NCBI GenBank assembly: GCA_902535055.1
Contig: CACASI010000004.1
Location: 34,154 to 98,153 of the forward strand
Source: an uncultured Candidatus Actinomarina sp.
GTDB lineage: Bacteria; Actinomycetota; Acidimicrobiia; Actinomarinales; Actinomarinaceae
Direction of reading: 5' to 3'
DNA length: 64,000 bases
Under the pieces are notes generated by a model. That model ran no database searches. It had not been told where the DNA came from and was given only the letters and a program-made list of their open reading frames with translations. The translations under genes and the position numbers were made by a program. Positions 1 through 9,352 of this stretch are shown one piece after another. Each line of letters opens with the position of its first letter. The first letter of the stretch is position 1.

Positions 1-335
1 ATGTCTCAAACGCAATAAGTCACTGTTTAAACACCGATGTAACTGGAATATATAATCTTCACTACAAAAATTATAAAATTATAGACATAGCAAAAGAGAT
101 AGAAAAAAAAGTAAAAGATGTTGAAGTAGAGGTAACGCCTATGAGCTTTGAGGATGCAAGAAACTATCAAGTATCTAGTCAAAAATTACTTGATGAGACT
201 GGTTTTGAAGCTTCAATAGAACTTATTAAGGGCGTTAATGAAATATATGATCTAATTTTTCATAATAGGATAAAAGACATTACTGATCCTAGGTATTCAA
301 ATCAAAACTTTTTGCAAAAGTTTGGGGTATCTTGA
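1..335 (+). CDS. NAD-dependent epimerase/dehydratase (SDR) family protein, C-terminal fragment (5' end outside window)
   Basis: Frame 3 is open from nt 3 (VSNAISHCLNTDVTGIYNLHYKNYKIIDIAKEIEKK..) into the listed 141-335 ORF. The tail ..DARNYQVSSQKLLDETGFEASIEL.. resembles the C-terminal end of sugar-nucleotide epimerases. It sits among sugar-nucleotide genes. Confidence 0.5.
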   Translation, partial: VSNAISHCLNTDVTGIYNLHYKNYKIIDIAKEIEKKVKDVEVEVTPMSFEDARNYQVSSQKLLDETGFEASIELIKGVNEIYDLIFHNRIKDITDPRYSNQNFLQKFGVS

Positions 336-778
336 ATATAAAAAGATATGAAAGAGGATTTTCTGAAGATCACAGAGGTAGTGTTGAGTTTTTTAATGAA
401 TTAAATCTAAGTGAATATAAAAGATTTTATACAGTAACAAATCCAAAAATAGGAACTGTAAGAGCATGGCATGGGCATAAAAAAGAAAAAAAACTCATCA
501 AGATATTATCAGGAAATTTTTTGATTGGCGTCATCAAAATAGACGATTGGGAAAATCCCAATAAGACATTGAAGCCAGAGATGATTGAAATGAATGTAAA
601 TTCAGATTTATTGTCAATTCCGGAGGGATATGCAAATGGAGCCATGAACCTTGAAGAAAATAGTAAAATTATGTATTTTTCTTCTTCAAGCTTAGAAGAT
701 TCTCTTAATGACGATTATCGCTTTGATTCAAAATATTGGGATCCTTGGACAAGTAATGGGGGTGAATTATTTGAGTAA
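332..778 (+). CDS. RmlC-like cupin (sugar-nucleotide epimerase/isomerase fold)
   Basis: 148 aa. The layout is RmlC-like: DHRGSVEFF, VRAWHGHKKEKKLIKILSG (like RGLH..KLV), IPEGYANGA, DDYRFDSKYW. The TTG start overlaps the upstream TGA (TTGA). Confidence 0.55.
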   Translation: MNIKRYERGFSEDHRGSVEFFNELNLSEYKRFYTVTNPKIGTVRAWHGHKKEKKLIKILSGNFLIGVIKIDDWENPNKTLKPEMIEMNVNSDLLSIPEGYANGAMNLEENSKIMYFSSSSLEDSLNDDYRFDSKYWDPWTSNGGELFE

Positions 779-1676
779 CATCTTAATCCTTGGTTCTACT
801 GGTATGTTAGGAAAGATGGTTTCATTAGTTTTTTCTGAATATTCCGATGACAATTTATTTTTTACATCACGTTCTAAAAATAAATTTAATAATGAATTGA
901 ATGGCGAAAAGATTATTTTTAATCCGAATAACGATAACTTTGATGATTTATGTGAGAAAGTAAACCCTAATTTTGTCATAAATTGTATCGGTGCAATTAA
1001 ACCAACAATTACGGAAGAAAAAGAATCAATTAATAACGCAATCTCGATAAATTCCTTCTTTCCGCTAAAAATTTCAAAAAAAAGTGACGATCTGAGTTTT
1101 AACTATATTCAAATTGGGACGGACTGTGTATTTTCTGGATTAGAAGGGGGATACATTGAAACGTCCACAACTAACGCAACAGATGTATATGGGAAAACAA
1201 AAATTGTGGGAGAAATATCTAGTAAAAACAAAACCTTATTACGTTCAAGCATTGTTGGACCAGAAAGTGGAAGTGGAATGTCTTTGTTAAATTGGTTCTT
1301 AAAAACAGAAGAACCTGAAGTTAATGGATTTACAGACCATGAATGGAATGGCGTCACTACTTTAAATTTTGCAAAAATTGTTTTAGGCATTACAAAAAAT
1401 GAACAAACTGGAATAAAATTACAACATTTGGTACCAAGTGACAGAGTAAATAAATATGAGTTACTTGTACTTTTCCAAGAATTTTTTTCAAAGGAAGTAA
1501 AAATAAATGATGTTGTCTCAGAGAATAAAATTGATAGAACTTTAGACACAATTGATCCATTAGCCAATCAAGAACTCTGGAAAATGGGCGGTTATATGGA
1601 AATTCCATCTATAAGAGAAAATATTTCTGAGCTGGCAGAATTCAAAGGAACAAAAAAAATATTGGAATTCAAATGA
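756..1676 (+). CDS. RmlD-like NAD(P)-dependent sugar reductase (dTDP-4-dehydrorhamnose reductase family)
   Basis: It has an N-terminal Rossmann motif ILILGSTGMLG and a YxxxK motif DVYGKTKIVGE as in RmlD. The ORF track starts at 708, inside the upstream gene. ATG 756, GTG 762 or TTG 771 are more plausible starts. Confidence 0.65.
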   Translation: MGVNYLSNILILGSTGMLGKMVSLVFSEYSDDNLFFTSRSKNKFNNELNGEKIIFNPNNDNFDDLCEKVNPNFVINCIGAIKPTITEEKESINNAISINSFFPLKISKKSDDLSFNYIQIGTDCVFSGLEGGYIETSTTNATDVYGKTKIVGEISSKNKTLLRSSIVGPESGSGMSLLNWFLKTEEPEVNGFTDHEWNGVTTLNFAKIVLGITKNEQTGIKLQHLVPSDRVNKYELLVLFQEFFSKEVKINDVVSENKIDRTLDTIDPLANQELWKMGGYMEIPSIRENISELAEFKGTKKILEFK

Positions 1677-2830
1677 AAGATCTTGCGATCATCCTAGGAA
1701 TAAGGCCAGACGTTATAAGAGCAAGTAAAATAATCAAACTTTTATCTGAAAACAACAATATTACTTTTGATTTTATTTGGTCAGGCCAGCATTATTCAGA
1801 GAACATGAAAGATGTTTTCTTCAAGCAACTTAATGTACCAGAACCAGATGTTGAATTTGAAATAGATACTACAAGTGATGCTTCTACAGTCTCATCGGTA
1901 ATCAAAAACACATTCAATCATTTAGAAAGCAATAGTTATAAAGCTGTGGTTTTTCTCGGTGATACTAATACGGTAATGGGGAGTATTGGTGCTGCACAGC
2001 AAAATGTCCCAATTGTCCATATTGAAGGATGTATGCGTTCATACGATTGGAGAATGCCAGAAGAAAAATATAGAAAAACTATAGATCACTTGTCAGACAG
2101 GATATATGCATACCTTGATTCATATAAATTGCAGGGCCTCAATGAGGGAATTTCTGAAGATATCATCAAAGTTACTGGAAACCCAATAGTTGATATTATT
2201 CAAGAAAATCAAAGCATTTTTGACTCTGGATATGAAACCTTAGATAGTAAGGTTTTAAATTTTACAGGGGAGGGTGAATTCTTATTGGCTACATCTCATA
2301 GGAGAGAGAATATCTTAAATTTAGATTCTCTAAATAATATTGTAAATTTATTTAATTCTTCTGATATGAAAATAGTATTCCCTGCAGGATATAAAACTCA
2401 GGAAATGCTGAAATCATATGATTTAAAACTTAATTCAAACATTTTGATGATTGATCCCTTAGGGTATCTCGAATTTATGTATCTTTTAAAGAAATCTACC
2501 TTTGTCATGAGTGACTCTGGAACAGTGGTTGAAGAAGCCTGCATTATGAATGTACCATCTATTCAAATGAGATACTCTACAGAACGTCCTGAAGTATATG
2601 ATGTTGGTGCTTCTATAAAATTTGATCCTTCCTCAAAAATAAGCGACTTTCAAGGCTATATAGATAAAGTTGTAAAATTAGTAGACACAAAATGGGAGCA
2701 ACCATTTGGAGATGGAAAAGCATCAAATAATATTGTTGATGATCTTTTGGAGTTATCTGATTCAAACAGTTTTCATAAACACAACAAAGAAAATTATCCA
2801 TTTGACATATCAAATTCATTTAAAGAATGA
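1673..2830 (+). CDS. UDP-N-acetylglucosamine 2-epimerase family protein (CapG/FnlC-like paralogue)
   Basis: Motifs: ILGIRPDVIRASKI, SGQHYSENM, LGDTNTVMG, VHIEGCMRSYDWRMPEEKYRKTIDHLSD, SHRRENI, DSGTVVEEA. The start overlaps the upstream stop (ATGA). Confidence 0.8.
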   Translation: MKDLAIILGIRPDVIRASKIIKLLSENNNITFDFIWSGQHYSENMKDVFFKQLNVPEPDVEFEIDTTSDASTVSSVIKNTFNHLESNSYKAVVFLGDTNTVMGSIGAAQQNVPIVHIEGCMRSYDWRMPEEKYRKTIDHLSDRIYAYLDSYKLQGLNEGISEDIIKVTGNPIVDIIQENQSIFDSGYETLDSKVLNFTGEGEFLLATSHRRENILNLDSLNNIVNLFNSSDMKIVFPAGYKTQEMLKSYDLKLNSNILMIDPLGYLEFMYLLKKSTFVMSDSGTVVEEACIMNVPSIQMRYSTERPEVYDVGASIKFDPSSKISDFQGYIDKVVKLVDTKWEQPFGDGKASNNIVDDLLELSDSNSFHKHNKENYPFDISNSFKE

Positions 2831-3990
2831 AGAAAATTTTATTTCACTCTTTAACAATACCTCCAGACAACGTCTCAACAGGAATGCTAGTTGCTGAGAT
2901 AGCAGATGGTTTTAAACAAATGGGTGTTGATGTCGAGATATTGGCAAGTTCACCCCAATATAATATTGAAAATAATGGCAACCAAACTTTAGATAAATAT
3001 TACACATCATCATTTAAAGACATAAACATAACACATATAAATTCATCAAACAGGAGCTTTAATAAGATAACAAGGTTTTTTCAATGGATAACATTTCACT
3101 ATCAAACCATTAAATTTTTATCTAAAAATAAAAATAATTACTCTCATATTTTCATATTTAGTTATCCACCAACGATGAATTTAGTTGTAATTTATATTAA
3201 GAAATTTTTAAAAATTAAAGTAACATACTCATGTTGGGAACTTTATCCAGAAATTGCTAATAAAACATTCAAAACTAGTTCTGGAATTTTATTTAATATT
3301 TTTAAAAAAATTGATTCTTATGCAATGAAACTTGCTGACAATTTGGTTGTAAACTCTTCAGAATTAAAAACATATCTTGTTAACAATCGTGGATTAAAAG
3401 ATAAAGACATTAAATCAATTTATCACTTTTCTCCCTATGAAATATCTAACGAAAATCCAAAACTAGATAAAAAAGTAATTTTGTATGCAGGCAATATGGG
3501 AAAGCCACAAAATATTAAAGAATTTATCGATACATTTAATTCTTTTAAAAAAGAGAATTGGAAATTAGAATTTTTTGGAGCAGGTGAAGAATTTGATTCC
3601 ATTAAGGATTTAGAGAATGAGCAATTAAGTGTTTTTGAGCACCTGCCAAGAAATGAATTGTACGAGAAAACAAAAGATATTCCTGTGGCACTTATTTCAT
3701 TAGATAAAGACATAACTGTAGAAGGTTTTCCTGGAAAAACTTTTGATTATCTTTCAATGAATAAAGTTCTGTTATGTTTTGCCAATAGTGACTCTGCAGT
3801 TTCAAAATTTATTGATAAATTTGAATTAGGCTTAACTATCGACCCAAATGATAAAACCTCTATGGGAACTGTATTTGATAAACTTAATGATCAATCACTA
3901 CTTTTAAATTACCAAAAAAATATAAATTATCTAAATAAAAATATTTTAAATAAATCAAAGGTTGTTGAGGATTACTATTCCCTAATTTAA
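2827..3990 (+). CDS. Glycosyltransferase, GT4-like (GT-B fold)
   Basis: 387 aa. The N-terminus PPDNVSTGMLVAEIADGFKQMGVDVEIL is typical of GT4 (WbuB-like). The C-terminal half has GNMGKPQN and an EGFPGKTFDYL donor-binding pattern. It lies directly after a 2-epimerase. Confidence 0.7.
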   Translation: MKKILFHSLTIPPDNVSTGMLVAEIADGFKQMGVDVEILASSPQYNIENNGNQTLDKYYTSSFKDINITHINSSNRSFNKITRFFQWITFHYQTIKFLSKNKNNYSHIFIFSYPPTMNLVVIYIKKFLKIKVTYSCWELYPEIANKTFKTSSGILFNIFKKIDSYAMKLADNLVVNSSELKTYLVNNRGLKDKDIKSIYHFSPYEISNENPKLDKKVILYAGNMGKPQNIKEFIDTFNSFKKENWKLEFFGAGEEFDSIKDLENEQLSVFEHLPRNELYEKTKDIPVALISLDKDITVEGFPGKTFDYLSMNKVLLCFANSDSAVSKFIDKFELGLTIDPNDKTSMGTVFDKLNDQSLLLNYQKNINYLNKNILNKSKVVEDYYSLI

Positions 3991-4604
3991 TTTGCCCCTT
4001 TTCTTGAAATAACAGAGATAATTGTCTGAAAAAGTATTTTAAAATCAAGAAAAAAGTTGTAGTTTTCTACATACTCAATATCCCAATATAGCCTCTCTTG
4101 CAAACTTAAATCTAACCTTCCTTGGACTTGCGCAAGACCAGTTATTCCAGGTTTAACTGAATTTCTCTTTTTTTGATATTCGCCAAGTAGTTTTGACTCA
4201 TAAACAACTAACGGTCTTGGGCCGACAGTTGACATTTCTCCTTTTACAACATTTATTACATTCGGCAGTTCATCTAGGGATGTCTTTCTTAAAAAAAGAC
4301 CAATTTTGGTTATTCTGTCATCGTTTTCAATTCTTATTGGATTTCCCGGCTCTAAAGAGGGCTCAATTGTTTCGTCATCAGCTAATTTTTTATAATGCTC
4401 TTGATGTAAATCCTCGTCAGAGCTTTCATCCATAGTTCTGAATTTAAATAATCTAAAAATCTTACCGTTTTTACCAACTCTTTCTTGGATATATATTGCT
4501 GGATAACCATCTGAAAAAATTATCAATAGATAAATTATTGGAAAAAAGAATAGAAAAACTGGAATAAGAAAAACCATAATTGTAATGTCAAAAAGTATTT
4601 TCAT
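3987..4604 (-). CDS. Undecaprenyl-phosphate sugar phosphotransferase (bacterial sugar transferase, PglC/WbaP C-terminal type)
   Basis: 205 aa with one N-terminal TM. Motifs: ERVGKNGKIFRLFKFRTM, DDRITKIGLFLRKTSLDELPNVINVVKGEMSTVGPRP. Confidence 0.9.
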   Translation of the reverse strand: MKILFDITIMVFLIPVFLFFFPIIYLLIIFSDGYPAIYIQERVGKNGKIFRLFKFRTMDESSDEDLHQEHYKKLADDETIEPSLEPGNPIRIENDDRITKIGLFLRKTSLDELPNVINVVKGEMSTVGPRPLVVYESKLLGEYQKKRNSVKPGITGLAQVQGRLDLSLQERLYWDIEYVENYNFFLDFKILFQTIISVISRKGAN

Positions 4605-4672
4605 ACAATATTTACTCTAAACTATTCAAATTAATTTACTTGAATAAAAAATATAACATTAGAGTTAGAGAA

Positions 4673-6514
4673 ATGTGTGGAATTGGTGGAATTGTTAGCA
4701 CTAACAATTCTAAAATCGACCAAAATATTGCAAATAATATGAAAGTCTCCCTGGAACACAGGGGACCCGATCATTCTTCCATTAATTATATTTCAGATTC
4801 ACAATGTTTTATACACAGCAGGCTTTCAATTATTGATTTAGATTCAAGATCAAATCAACCTTATCAGGACGAAGAGAAAAGATATACGATTGTATTTAAT
4901 GGCGAAATCTACAACTTCAAAGAAATCAGAAAAGAATTAGAAAGTAAAGGTATAAAATTTTCTACAGAAGGCGATACAGAGGTATTACTTAAAGGATATA
5001 TAGAATATAAAGCTGAAATATTACAAAAATTAAGAGGCCAATTTGCTTTTGCTATTCATGATGCAATGACGAATTCCATCTTTTTAGCCAGAGACAGAAT
5101 TGGAATCAAACCTTTATACTTTGCAAAGAGTGAAGATTGGTTCATATTCTCTTCAGAGTTAAAAACTATAGAACAATCAAATTTAATTCCATTTGAACCG
5201 GATATTGAGTCTTATATTGCATACCTAAGGCATCTTTGTGTTCCGATGAATAGGACAGGAAATTTGAACATTTCAAAAGTACAACCCGGAGAGTACATAG
5301 AATTTTTCTCAGACAACTCTATAAAATCTAATCAATATTGGGATCCCTTTGTTATTGAAGTTGATAATGATATCTCAGAAGATGAAGCAATTAAAAATAT
5401 AGACAGATTATTAACAGAATCCGTTGAGTACAGAAAAGTAAGTGACGTTGAGGTTGGATTATTTCTATCTGGAGGGCTTGATTCATCTTTGATTGGTAAG
5501 CTCATGAAACAAAATGAAAAAGCTGGACTTAAAGGATTCAACATTGATTTTGAAGATCATTTTCCTGGATATGAGGGAGAATTAAATGAAGCAAAATTTG
5601 CAGCATCTAACAATGACATAGACTTAATTGAGGAGAATATTTCATATAAAGAATTTCAAGATCTTCTGAATAATTATTCATTCTATCAAGACGATTTGGT
5701 TGGAGATGAGGTAGGAATTCCACTTTATTTTCTAGGTAAGAAAACAAGAATTAACAACATAAAGGTCGTTCAAGTTGGAGAAGGTGCAGATGAATTATTC
5801 TATGGATATGATCATTGGAATAGATTTCTCAACCTGAATAAATATTTAAAACCTTTATTTAAATCAACAAAAAAATACTCAAGTTTTAAGAATCATAGAT
5901 TAAATTTACTAAGCAATATCCTTTTCAACAGAACTTCCTTTGCAGGTGGAGCATTGGGTTTTAATTTGAAAGAGCTAGACAGATTAATAGTCAATGGCTT
6001 ACCAAATGATTCTGATTTGATATATTATGCTGACAATAAATGGTCAGAATATTTTTCACATAAAGGCTCAAAAATTTCTAAGTGGATGACTTTAATTGAT
6101 CTAAAAATTAGACTTCCAGAACTTTTACTTATGAGAATGGATAAGCTTGTAATGCAATCTGCTGTTGAGGCAAGAGTCCCTTTTCTCGACCATAAATTAG
6201 TAGAATACGTACTTTCCTTGCCAGAAGATTTACTAATTGACTTATCTAATACAAAAAGTCTTCTTAAAAAGGTTGCTTCAAAATATTTACCTAAACAGAT
6301 CATTAATAGAAAAAAACAAGGATTCAGGGCTCCTATAGGTGAGTGGATTAAGAAAGATGAGGAAAAATTCCATGAATCTGTGCAACAGTTCAATTCTCTA
6401 GTAAATTTATTTAATGAAAGAGAATTAAAGCAAATCCTAAGTGGAAAGGATTATCAAAAAAAATGGTATTTAATTAATCTTTCAAATTGGCATTTAGCAA
6501 GGGTTGCGAATTGA
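4673..6514 (+). CDS. Asparagine synthase (glutamine-hydrolysing)-like amidotransferase
   Basis: MCGIGGI gives the N-terminal nucleophile Cys, which requires the ATG at 4673 rather than the TTG at 4640. It has a PP-loop LFLSGGLDSS and a class II GATase N-domain (RGPD, FNGEIYN). Confidence 0.85.
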   Translation: MCGIGGIVSTNNSKIDQNIANNMKVSLEHRGPDHSSINYISDSQCFIHSRLSIIDLDSRSNQPYQDEEKRYTIVFNGEIYNFKEIRKELESKGIKFSTEGDTEVLLKGYIEYKAEILQKLRGQFAFAIHDAMTNSIFLARDRIGIKPLYFAKSEDWFIFSSELKTIEQSNLIPFEPDIESYIAYLRHLCVPMNRTGNLNISKVQPGEYIEFFSDNSIKSNQYWDPFVIEVDNDISEDEAIKNIDRLLTESVEYRKVSDVEVGLFLSGGLDSSLIGKLMKQNEKAGLKGFNIDFEDHFPGYEGELNEAKFAASNNDIDLIEENISYKEFQDLLNNYSFYQDDLVGDEVGIPLYFLGKKTRINNIKVVQVGEGADELFYGYDHWNRFLNLNKYLKPLFKSTKKYSSFKNHRLNLLSNILFNRTSFAGGALGFNLKELDRLIVNGLPNDSDLIYYADNKWSEYFSHKGSKISKWMTLIDLKIRLPELLLMRMDKLVMQSAVEARVPFLDHKLVEYVLSLPEDLLIDLSNTKSLLKKVASKYLPKQIINRKKQGFRAPIGEWIKKDEEKFHESVQQFNSLVNLFNERELKQILSGKDYQKKWYLINLSNWHLARVAN

Positions 6515-7725
6515 TAAAAAATTGGAAAGAAAATACAGTTTATATATCGCTTATGCAATTAACTCTATTAGGAGTTAATTTTTTTTTAATCACAATAATC
6601 AGCAGAGAATATGGAGCAGAAGTATATGGTGAATATGCCGCTTCAAAAAGTCTTTCAGTTCTAATTGGAACAGCTACTGTATTATCCCTAGCATTAGTTG
6701 TTACTAAACTACGAGCTCAAAATGTCTACTTTAAAAAATCTATTTTTTCTAACTCATATTTTCTTGTTTTAAGAAATCTTTCAGTAGCATTGGCAGTAAT
6801 TTTCCCATTAACAATTTTATTTGGAAGGGATTATCCGATATCTGCAATTTTTCTTATTGGTTTTGTTTTTAATGAAATGATTCATATTGCACTTGCATAT
6901 TTTCAAGCAGATGGAAATTTTGTTATTACATCAAAACAAATAATCGTAAGAACCGTTCTTTACGGATTAGGAGCCTGGTTTATTGTTATAAATGATCTAC
7001 AAATAATATGGGTCGTAATATACCAGTCAGCTATTTTATTTGTATTTTTTTTAGTTGCGCATTTTTCCATACCCAAAACAGAGAAAATCAGAGATAAAGA
7101 TCAAGAAAAGTCAACAAGGAAAGAGTTGACAAATTCTGGAAGAAAAATGGTACTTACAACATTTTCTAGTGCTTTAATTTCAGAATTAGATATAGTTTTG
7201 CTAGGTTTATTTTATTTTGGTCCAGCATTGGGTGTCTTAGCTTGGTCCAGAAGAATATTAGAAATTATTTTTCAACTTTTAGCTGCAAGTCTTGATATAT
7301 TATTTCCAGAATTATCACGAGCAAAAGATAAAAATGAAATTCAAAATATAAGAGACCGTTTAAAGAGAGTATTCTTTTTTTCATTCATTATTCCAGTAAC
7401 TTTTTACTTATTAAGAGATACTGCGGGAGATATTCTAGTGTCCCTTCTTGGTGAAGACTTTAGAGAAGTCTCCTCTCAAACTTCTTTGATTCTTTTTTCA
7501 TTACCTTTAATGGTTTGGTCTAGAATCAATATTATTTTTTCTAGGGCTTTAGGTTTTGAAGTAAATATAACAAAAATTATAATTTCAGCATCTGTAATTT
7601 CATATCTTGTTTATTTTTTGCTTCACAACTTGAATATATCCAATCCAGCAATTCTCTCAATTATTACATCACAAACAATTATTTCAATAGTGACTTCATA
7701 CAGTTTTAGGAAATCTAATGCTTAA
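6487..7725 (+). CDS. Polysaccharide flippase-like polytopic membrane protein (Wzx/MOP type)
   Basis: About 400 aa with many predicted TM helices, in glycan-cluster context. The start is uncertain: TTG 6511 overlaps the asnB-like TGA as TTGA, and ATG 6553 is another option. Confidence 0.55.
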   Translation: MAFSKGCELIKNWKENTVYISLMQLTLLGVNFFLITIISREYGAEVYGEYAASKSLSVLIGTATVLSLALVVTKLRAQNVYFKKSIFSNSYFLVLRNLSVALAVIFPLTILFGRDYPISAIFLIGFVFNEMIHIALAYFQADGNFVITSKQIIVRTVLYGLGAWFIVINDLQIIWVVIYQSAILFVFFLVAHFSIPKTEKIRDKDQEKSTRKELTNSGRKMVLTTFSSALISELDIVLLGLFYFGPALGVLAWSRRILEIIFQLLAASLDILFPELSRAKDKNEIQNIRDRLKRVFFFSFIIPVTFYLLRDTAGDILVSLLGEDFREVSSQTSLILFSLPLMVWSRINIIFSRALGFEVNITKIIISASVISYLVYFLLHNLNISNPAILSIITSQTIISIVTSYSFRKSNA

Positions 7726-9352
7726 ACTTTTTTTACAAAGAGTAAGATTTAAATTTAGAAACTTATTCGCAAAGAAAATAATTATCCCTGCAGATTTTAA
7801 ATCTTTTGAATACGCGATTCCAAAATATCATGATTTATTGGTTTCTTATTTATTGTTAAATTCAGATTACGAAATTAATTATTCTAAAAAAATATTCGGT
7901 AAGGAAACGGATAATTTAGTAACTTCTATAGATATTTTTAGTGAAACTGATTTCAAATCACATAAAAAATTTATTCCTGCTTATTTTGACAAAGGTGATG
8001 TAAAAGTTCCATATGAGGCCTCAAGGCTTCAATTTTTACAAAAATTAGATTTATTGTCAGTTTTAAAAAAAGATCACGATTTAAACGAAAATTTAGATAT
8101 TAATAATTTTCCCTTAATTTACTGGAATAGTCCTATGGATGTTGCAATTAGAAATATAAATCTTATTTTTCATAGAAATTTTTTAGAGAAGAATGACTTA
8201 GATTCAAAAATTCTGGGAAATAATAAAGATTTAATTGATACATATATAAGCCAACACTACCAATTCATTACCGAAAATCTTGAAAATCATGGAAATGTTG
8301 TTGGAAATCATTATTTAATTGAATTATGTTCAATAATTTTGACGCTAGCAACATATAAATTTGAGGGGCATGAAGATGAAACTATTTATTATTTAAACGA
8401 GCTTAATAAAGAATTAAATAAACAATTTTACAAAGATGGAACTAATTTTGAGGGTTCATCCCACTATTCTGCATTTGTTACAGAAGCATTAATTATTTTT
8501 AAACTTTCGTTAGATGAACTGCAGCCTGATTCCCCATTACTAGAATTGATTCAACAAAAAGTATCTTCAAATAGAAATTTATTAAATTTGCTTATGATTA
8601 ACGGAGAATTGTCTCAGATTGGCGACAATGATTCCGGTAGACTTTTTTACTTTTACCATGATGAAGATAATCCCTTAAAAATGAATTGGTTAATAAATCT
8701 TATTGATCATTTTTACAGTTTTGAAAATAAAGATACCATTGAAATACCAAATCTAAAAAATGATGCTGTAGACTTATCTGCTTATTCAAGGGTTGACCAC
8801 CCTTTGATAAAAATATTTAAAAATGATTTCAATCTTTATTCATATCCTGATTTTGGTATTTATATTTGGCGTAATATTGAGGGGTCAGAGTACTTTAGTA
8901 TTAGGTGTGGTCAAATAGGACAAAATAGTGTTGGTGGACATTCTCATTATGACCAGCTTTCAATTGAATGTTTTGCCGCTGGTAAATGGATAGCAAGAGA
9001 TCCAGGAACTGGAACATATACTGATGATATTAAAACAAGGAATGAATTTAGATCAATGAAATTTCATTGGGGACCAAACGCAGATATAGAATTTCCAAAA
9101 GAATCAGAGTTTGATTGTTTTAAGCTTAACTATATGGAAGATGGGAAAGTGTTATCTTTGGATAAAAATAATTTTTTAGGTACTGCAATTTTTAATGGAA
9201 ATAAAATATATAGGAAAATTCTAATTGAAAATGGAAATATACTAATAAGTGATTTTTCTAATGACACTATTTTAAAACCATATGAAAATTGGGGAGAATT
9301 AAATGAGGGTGTTAAATTTAAATTCTCGAAAGGATACAAACGTATAAATTGA
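7718..9352 (+). CDS. Heparinase II/III-like family protein
   Basis: 544 aa, soluble. The central/C-terminal GGHSHYDQLSIE resembles the GH.H.D.LSF signature of heparinase II/III-like proteins. The N-terminal half has DVAIRNINLI. Such proteins occur in O-antigen/capsule clusters. Confidence 0.5.
   Translation: MLKLFLQRVRFKFRNLFAKKIIIPADFKSFEYAIPKYHDLLVSYLLLNSDYEINYSKKIFGKETDNLVTSIDIFSETDFKSHKKFIPAYFDKGDVKVPYEASRLQFLQKLDLLSVLKKDHDLNENLDINNFPLIYWNSPMDVAIRNINLIFHRNFLEKNDLDSKILGNNKDLIDTYISQHYQFITENLENHGNVVGNHYLIELCSIILTLATYKFEGHEDETIYYLNELNKELNKQFYKDGTNFEGSSHYSAFVTEALIIFKLSLDELQPDSPLLELIQQKVSSNRNLLNLLMINGELSQIGDNDSGRLFYFYHDEDNPLKMNWLINLIDHFYSFENKDTIEIPNLKNDAVDLSAYSRVDHPLIKIFKNDFNLYSYPDFGIYIWRNIEGSEYFSIRCGQIGQNSVGGHSHYDQLSIECFAAGKWIARDPGTGTYTDDIKTRNEFRSMKFHWGPNADIEFPKESEFDCFKLNYMEDGKVLSLDKNNFLGTAIFNGNKIYRKILIENGNILISDFSNDTILKPYENWGELNEGVKFKFSKGYKRIN

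Noticed and set aside
708-755. The N-terminal extension MTIIALIQNIGILGQV of the RmlD-like ORF as listed in the track.
   Set aside because: It lies inside the upstream cupin gene. The Rossmann motif GSTGMLG should sit within about 10 residues of the true N-terminus, so starts at 756, 762 or 771 are preferred.
1109-1567. A 152-aa minus-strand ORF (and 1390-1608, 427-645, 767-979) antisense to the cupin and reductase genes.
   Set aside because: They lie entirely inside and antisense to genes that have recognisable motifs. Their composition is low-complexity and they carry no motifs. They are typical shadow ORFs.
4640-4672. The TTG start giving 11 extra residues on the AsnB-like protein.
   Set aside because: Class II glutamine amidotransferases need Cys as the first residue after Met removal. 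MCGIGG begins at 4673.
4605-4672. A weak inverted repeat (TACTCTAA .. TTAGAGTT) in the divergent spacer between the sugar transferase and the AsnB-like gene.
   Set aside because: It is imperfect (7 of 8), has arms separated by about 45 nt, and lies in AT-rich DNA. It is indistinguishable from chance.
6025-6393. A 122-aa minus-strand ORF (and 5332-5544) antisense to the AsnB-like gene.
   Set aside because: It is a shadow ORF of a well-supported gene with no recognisable features.
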